The notes beneath the pieces are model-generated. The model saw nothing but the letters and a program-made list of their open reading frames with translations. It was not told the origin of the DNA and ran no database searches. A program made the position numbers and the translations under genes. From Occultella glacieicola (GTDB lineage: Bacteria > Actinomycetota > Actinomycetes > Actinomycetales > Beutenbergiaceae), in NCBI RefSeq assembly GCF_004353825.1, contig NZ_SMNA01000005.1, forward strand, positions 62,001-126,000: a stretch of DNA of 64,000 nucleotides, written 5' to 3'. Positions 59,630-64,000 of this stretch are shown here, one piece after another. How positions within the stretch are numbered: the stretch's first letter is position 1; every line of letters begins with the position of its first letter.

Positions 59630-60522
59630 GCGCCACGCAGGCGCGCACCCGGACCCGCACCGAGGCCGGGCCCGGGACACGTCGGCGGCCGTCGTCGGGG
59701 ATCCTTCCGACTGCCGTCCTCCTGATCGGAGCGGCGTACTGCCTGTTGCCCGTGTACTGGCTGATCTCGGCGGCCACGAAGCGGCCCGACGAACTGTTCT
59801 CGACCTTCTCCCTCGCACCGAGCTTCAACGGTGGCTTCCTCGACAACCTCGTGGGCCTGTCCCAGTACGCCGGCGGCGCGTTCTGGCAGTGGTGCCTCAA
59901 CAGCGTGATCTACGCCGGCGGCGGCGCGGTGGCCGCGACCGCCGTGGCGGCCCTTGCCGGGTTCGCGCTCGCCAAGTACGAGTTCCCCGGCAAGCGACTC
60001 GTGTTCGGGTACCTGCTCGTCGGAGTCCTGGTCCCCGGGGTGATCGTGGCCATCCCCCAGTACCTGCTGTTGTCCCAGCTCGGGCTGGCCGGCACCCGGT
60101 GGTCGATCCTGTTGCCCGCGATGATCAGCCCGTTCAGCATCTACCTGACCCGGGTGTTCACCGCAGGTGCGGTCTCCGACGAGGTGATCGAGTCGGCCCG
60201 CCTGGACGGCGCCCGCGAGTTCCGCCTGTTCCGGTCCGTGGCGCTGCCGATGATGGTGCCGGGGCTGATCACCGTGTTCCTGCTGCAGTTCGTGGGGATC
60301 TGGAACAACTTCCTGCTCCCGTTCATCATGGTCACCCGCAGCGACATGATGCCGCTCACGGTCGGCTTCTACTCGATGATGAACCAGGGCTCGGACCAGA
60401 CCAACGTGTACAGCTTCGTCATCATGGGCTGCCTGCTCGCAGTCGTACCTCTCATCGCGCTCTTCCTGTTCCTCCAGCGCTACTGGCGCCTGGATCTGAT
60501 CAGCGGTTCCCTCAAGGGCTGA
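59626..60522 (+). CDS. Carbohydrate ABC transporter permease
   Basis: EVIESARLDGA, WNNFLLP, LQRYWRLDLISGSLKG. Confidence 0.92.
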   Translation: MSATQARTRTRTEAGPGTRRRPSSGILPTAVLLIGAAYCLLPVYWLISAATKRPDELFSTFSLAPSFNGGFLDNLVGLSQYAGGAFWQWCLNSVIYAGGGAVAATAVAALAGFALAKYEFPGKRLVFGYLLVGVLVPGVIVAIPQYLLLSQLGLAGTRWSILLPAMISPFSIYLTRVFTAGAVSDEVIESARLDGAREFRLFRSVALPMMVPGLITVFLLQFVGIWNNFLLPFIMVTRSDMMPLTVGFYSMMNQGSDQTNVYSFVIMGCLLAVVPLIALFLFLQRYWRLDLISGSLKG

Positions 60523-60549
60523 CCTCAGCCCCATCCCGAAAGGATCTTC

Positions 60550-61482
60550 GTGCCCACACCTCTGCCCGACGGCGCCTGGCCCGTCATGCTGACCCCGTTC
60601 CGCGCCGACCGCTCGATCGACTGGGAACAGGTCGAGGCGTACGCCGACTGGCTCGTGGACCTGGGATCGGCCGGGGTGTTCACGGTGGCCCTGTCCAGTG
60701 AGATGTACGACCTCACTCCCGTGGAGCGCCTCGAGCTCGCGGGCCGGGTCGTCGGGGCCGTCGACGGTCGGGTGCCGGTGATCGCGTCCGCTGTCGGCGG
60801 CTCCGTCGACGAGATCGCCGAGTCCGCCGCAGGGCTCGCCGAGGCGGGCGTGACGGCGGCCGTGCTGGTCAGCCCGCTGCTGGCCACCCCGGACGAGCCG
60901 GACTCGGAGTGGATCCGGACCGCCGAGCAGATCCTCGACCGGGTGCCGGGCCTGGACTTCGGGGTCTACGAGTGCCCGGTCCCGTACAAGCGCCTGCTGA
61001 CCCTCGAGACCGTGCGGTGGATGTCCGGAACCGGCCGGTTCACGTTCTTCAAGGACACCAGCCACCGCGCGGACGTCATGGCCGCCCGGATCGACGTCCT
61101 GGCCGGTTCGCCCCTGCGCCACTACAACGCCGAGATCTCCTCCCTGGTCGAGAGCCTGGGTGCGGGTGGGGCCGGCTTCAGCGGCTACGCGGCGAACATC
61201 TATCCCGAGCTCGTCGCCTGGCTCTGCGCGAACCACGCCACGGCCCCGCAGGAGGAGGTCGCCACCGTGCAGCAGGTGCTGAGCATTGCCGAGCACAGCA
61301 TCAACGCGCGCTACCCGTCCTCGGCGAAGTTCTTCCTGGCGCACAGTTCGCGGTTGACCATGTCCAGTGTGAGCCGGTGGAAGCCAGAAGGCATCGGGCC
61401 CCACGAGGGGCAGCCCCTGATCGATCTGGCCCGTTACCTCGAGGGAGCCGGGCTGCCTGCGCTCACCCCAGGCCGCCGATGA
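60550..61482 (+). CDS. Dihydrodipicolinate synthase-like (class I aldolase/lyase) protein
   Basis: WPVMLTPF, SSEM, YECPVPY, FKDTS (Schiff-base Lys). Confidence 0.85.
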   Translation: MPTPLPDGAWPVMLTPFRADRSIDWEQVEAYADWLVDLGSAGVFTVALSSEMYDLTPVERLELAGRVVGAVDGRVPVIASAVGGSVDEIAESAAGLAEAGVTAAVLVSPLLATPDEPDSEWIRTAEQILDRVPGLDFGVYECPVPYKRLLTLETVRWMSGTGRFTFFKDTSHRADVMAARIDVLAGSPLRHYNAEISSLVESLGAGGAGFSGYAANIYPELVAWLCANHATAPQEEVATVQQVLSIAEHSINARYPSSAKFFLAHSSRLTMSSVSRWKPEGIGPHEGQPLIDLARYLEGAGLPALTPGRR

Positions 61483-61537
61483 GGCCCGCCGGCCACTGAT
61501 TCCGGCCAATGGGGCAGTGCGGCCTGGCGCGATCGCG

Positions 61538-64000
61538 CTAGGACGAGCTCGCCACCTTCGCGGCAGCGGCCACAGTCGCTCCCGGTGCCAGCACCGCGTC
61601 GATCAACTCGCTCACCCAGGTGATCAGCTGCTCGTCCCGCAACGGGGTGCCGCCGACGCGGGACGTCGTCGGGGCCGGCACCAGCGCAGTGCGCACGGCC
61701 GGCTTGAGGATGGTCCCGGGGTAGAGCCGCTTGAGCCGCATCCCGGCGGACTCGGCCAGGTCTACCGGTGCGAACCGGATGTACTTGCCCTGCGAGGTCA
61801 TGTCCGCGAGACCCGCGGCGCGAGCCTTGACCCGCAGTGAGGCGACGGCGAACAACCGCTCGACCGGCTCCGGCACCGGGCCGTACCGGTCCACGAGCTC
61901 CTCCCGGACGGCGTCGATCGCCGCGGCGTCAGCGGCCTTCGCGATCTTCGTGTAGGCCTCCAGCCGGAGCCGTTCGTGCGCGATGTACTCATGCGGCAGG
62001 TGCGCGTCGATCGGCAGTTCCACCTTCAGCTCGGGCAGCTCCTCGGGCACCTCGCCGCGGAAGTTCGCCACCGCCTCGGAGACCATCCGCACGTACAGGT
62101 CGAAGCCGACGCCCGCGATGTGCCCGGACTGCTCCCCGCCGAGCAGGTTCCCGGCGCCGCGGATCTCCAGGTCCTTCATGGCGATGGCGGTGCCGGAGCC
62201 GAGGTCGGTGTGCGCGGCGATGGTCTGCAGCCGGTCGTGCGCGGTCTCGGTGAGCGGGCGTTCCGGGGGGTAGAGGAAGTACGCGTAGGCGCGCTCGCGA
62301 CCCCGGCCGACGCGGCCGCGGAGTTGGTGCAGCTGGGACAGGCCGAGCACGTCCGCGCGCTCGACGATCAGGGTGTTCGCGTTCGAGATGTCCAGGCCGG
62401 TCTCCACGATGGTGGTGCAGACGAGGACGTCGAACCTCTTCTCCCAGAAGTCCATGATGACCCGCTCGAGCTGGTGCTCGCCCATCTTTCCGTGGGCGAC
62501 GGCGATCCTCGCGTCTGGCACCAGTTCGGCGAGTCGCGAGGCGGTGCGGTCGATCGACTCGACCCGGTTGTGCACGTAGAAGACCTGCCCCTCGCGCAGC
62601 AGTTCCCGTCGGACCGCGGCGGCGATCTGCTTCTCCGCGTAGGCGCCCACGAACGTCAGCACCGGGTGCCGCTCCTCCGGCGGGGTGGCCAGGGTGGACA
62701 TCTCCCGGATCCCGGTGACCGCCATCTCCAACGTCCGCGGGATCGGCGTGGCGCTCATGGCGAGCACGTCCACATTCGTGCGGAGCTGCTTGAGGGTCTC
62801 CTTGTGCTCGACCCCGAACCGCTGCTCCTCGTCCACCACGACCAGGCCCAGGTCCTTGAACCGGACCTCGCCGGTGAGCAGCCGGTGGGTGCCGATGACC
62901 ACGTCCACGCTGCCGTCGGCGATGCCCTCCTTCACGGCGCGGGCCTCGGCGTCGCTCTGGAACCGGGACAGGCCCTTGACCACCACGGGGAACCCGGCGT
63001 ACCGCTCGGAGAACGTGTCGAAGTGCTGCTGCACGAGCAGCGTGGTGGGCACCAGTACGGCCACCTGCTTGCCGTCCTGGACCGCCTTGAACGCGGCCCG
63101 GACGGCGATCTCGGTCTTGCCGTAGCCGACGTCCCCGCTGATCAGCCGGTCCATCGGGGTGGGCTTCTCCATGTCCGCCTTCACCTCGTCGATGGTGACC
63201 ACCTGGTCGGGGGTCTCGACGAACGCGAACGCATCCTCCAGCTCACGCTGCCACGGGGTGTCCGGGGCGAACGGGTGCCCCTTCGTGGCCATCCGGGCCG
63301 AGTACAGCCGGATCAGCTCGCCGGCGATCTCCTTGATCGCCTTGCGGGCCCGGCCCTTCGTCTTGGCCCAGTCCGAGCCACCCATCTTGTTCACCGACGG
63401 CGACTCGCCACCGGTGTACTTGGTCACCTGGTCGAGGGCGTCGCTCGGCACGTACAGCCGGTCGCCGGGCTGGCCGCGCTTCGACGGCGCGTACTCGATG
63501 ACCAGGTACTCGCGGGTGGCGGCGGAGCGCCCGGTGCCAATGGTCCGCTGGATCAGTTCCACGAACTTCCCGACGCCATGCTGCTCGTGCACCACGTAGT
63601 CGCCCGGGCGCAGCGCGAGCGGGTCGACGACGTTGCGCCGCTTCGACGGCATCCGGCGCATGTCCCGGGTGGAGGTGCCGGCCCGGCCGGTCAGGTCCGC
63701 CTCGGTGAACACAGCCAGTTTGAGCGGTTCCGAGACGAAGCCGCGGCCGAGGCTGGCGGTGGTGACGAGGACGACGCCGGTGGGCGGCAGGTCCGGGTCC
63801 TCACCCGGGCGGGCGTCGCCCTGGGCCGGTTCGACGGCGGAGACGAGCCGGGCGGGCACGTCACCGTCGAGGAGCTGCTCCACCATCCGGCGGGCCGGCC
63901 CCGGGCCTTCGGTCACGAGCACGAGGCGCCAGCCGGCGGCGGTGAGGTCACGCAGGTCCGCCACGGCCCGCGCAGTCTCGCCACGGTAGACGTCGACGTC
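61538..64000 (-). CDS. mfd: Transcription-repair coupling factor (5' part outside window)
   Basis: [59 protein letters not shown] domain. Confidence 0.98.
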   Translation of the reverse strand, partial: DVDVYRGETARAVADLRDLTAAGWRLVLVTEGPGPARRMVEQLLDGDVPARLVSAVEPAQGDARPGEDPDLPPTGVVLVTTASLGRGFVSEPLKLAVFTEADLTGRAGTSTRDMRRMPSKRRNVVDPLALRPGDYVVHEQHGVGKFVELIQRTIGTGRSAATREYLVIEYAPSKRGQPGDRLYVPSDALDQVTKYTGGESPSVNKMGGSDWAKTKGRARKAIKEIAGELIRLYSARMATKGHPFAPDTPWQRELEDAFAFVETPDQVVTIDEVKADMEKPTPMDRLISGDVGYGKTEIAVRAAFKAVQDGKQVAVLVPTTLLVQQHFDTFSERYAGFPVVVKGLSRFQSDAEARAVKEGIADGSVDVVIGTHRLLTGEVRFKDLGLVVVDEEQRFGVEHKETLKQLRTNVDVLAMSATPIPRTLEMAVTGIREMSTLATPPEERHPVLTFVGAYAEKQIAAAVRRELLREGQVFYVHNRVESIDRTASRLAELVPDARIAVAHGKMGEHQLERVIMDFWEKRFDVLVCTTIVETGLDISNANTLIVERADVLGLSQLHQLRGRVGRGRERAYAYFLYPPERPLTETAHDRLQTIAAHTDLGSGTAIAMKDLEIRGAGNLLGGEQSGHIAGVGFDLYVRMVSEAVANFRGEVPEELPELKVELPIDAHLPHEYIAHERLRLEAYTKIAKAADAAAIDAVREELVDRYGPVPEPVERLFAVASLRVKARAAGLADMTSQGKYIRFAPVDLAESAGMRLKRLYPGTILKPAVRTALVPAPTTSRVGGTPLRDEQLITWVSELIDAVLAPGATVAAAAKVASSS

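Overview
High-GC actinobacterial chromosome segment (protein content and gene order resemble Micrococcales; genus cannot be assigned from sequence alone). It is mostly conserved backbone: rmuC, xseAB, beta-carbonic anhydrase, phoH2, cis-prenyltransferase, trhA, ppk2, mca, greA, ilvA, then tRNA-Leu(UAA), ndh-like, udg, ppx/DUF501/ftsB/eno/mazG and a partial mfd. Accessory blocks are an LpqY-SugABC-like sugar transporter, an XRE-HTH::MurA fusion, an ABC exporter with a two-component system, a MerR/old-yellow-enzyme pair, and about 13 kb between the mazG unit and mfd (nucleoside hydrolase, nrtR-nadABC-cysteine desulfurase, LacI-controlled ABC importer plus DHDPS-like lyase). No CRISPR array, integrase, transposase or prophage gene was seen. 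The most notable signals read from the DNA are: (1) the HTH-MurA gene with a perfect palindrome over its own leaderless promoter, a candidate autoregulatory enzyme; (2) a 342-bp non-coding MITE-like element with 26-bp terminal inverted repeats and a 7-bp flanking direct repeat between eno and ftsB; (3) a 40-aa uORF in a structured leader, coupled to phoH2; (4) an NrtR box placed to control both the nad operon and a divergent nucleoside hydrolase; (5) a Lys-rich tail on PPK2. Starts were refined by eye from RBS/-10 context and some are approximate. No database searches were run.
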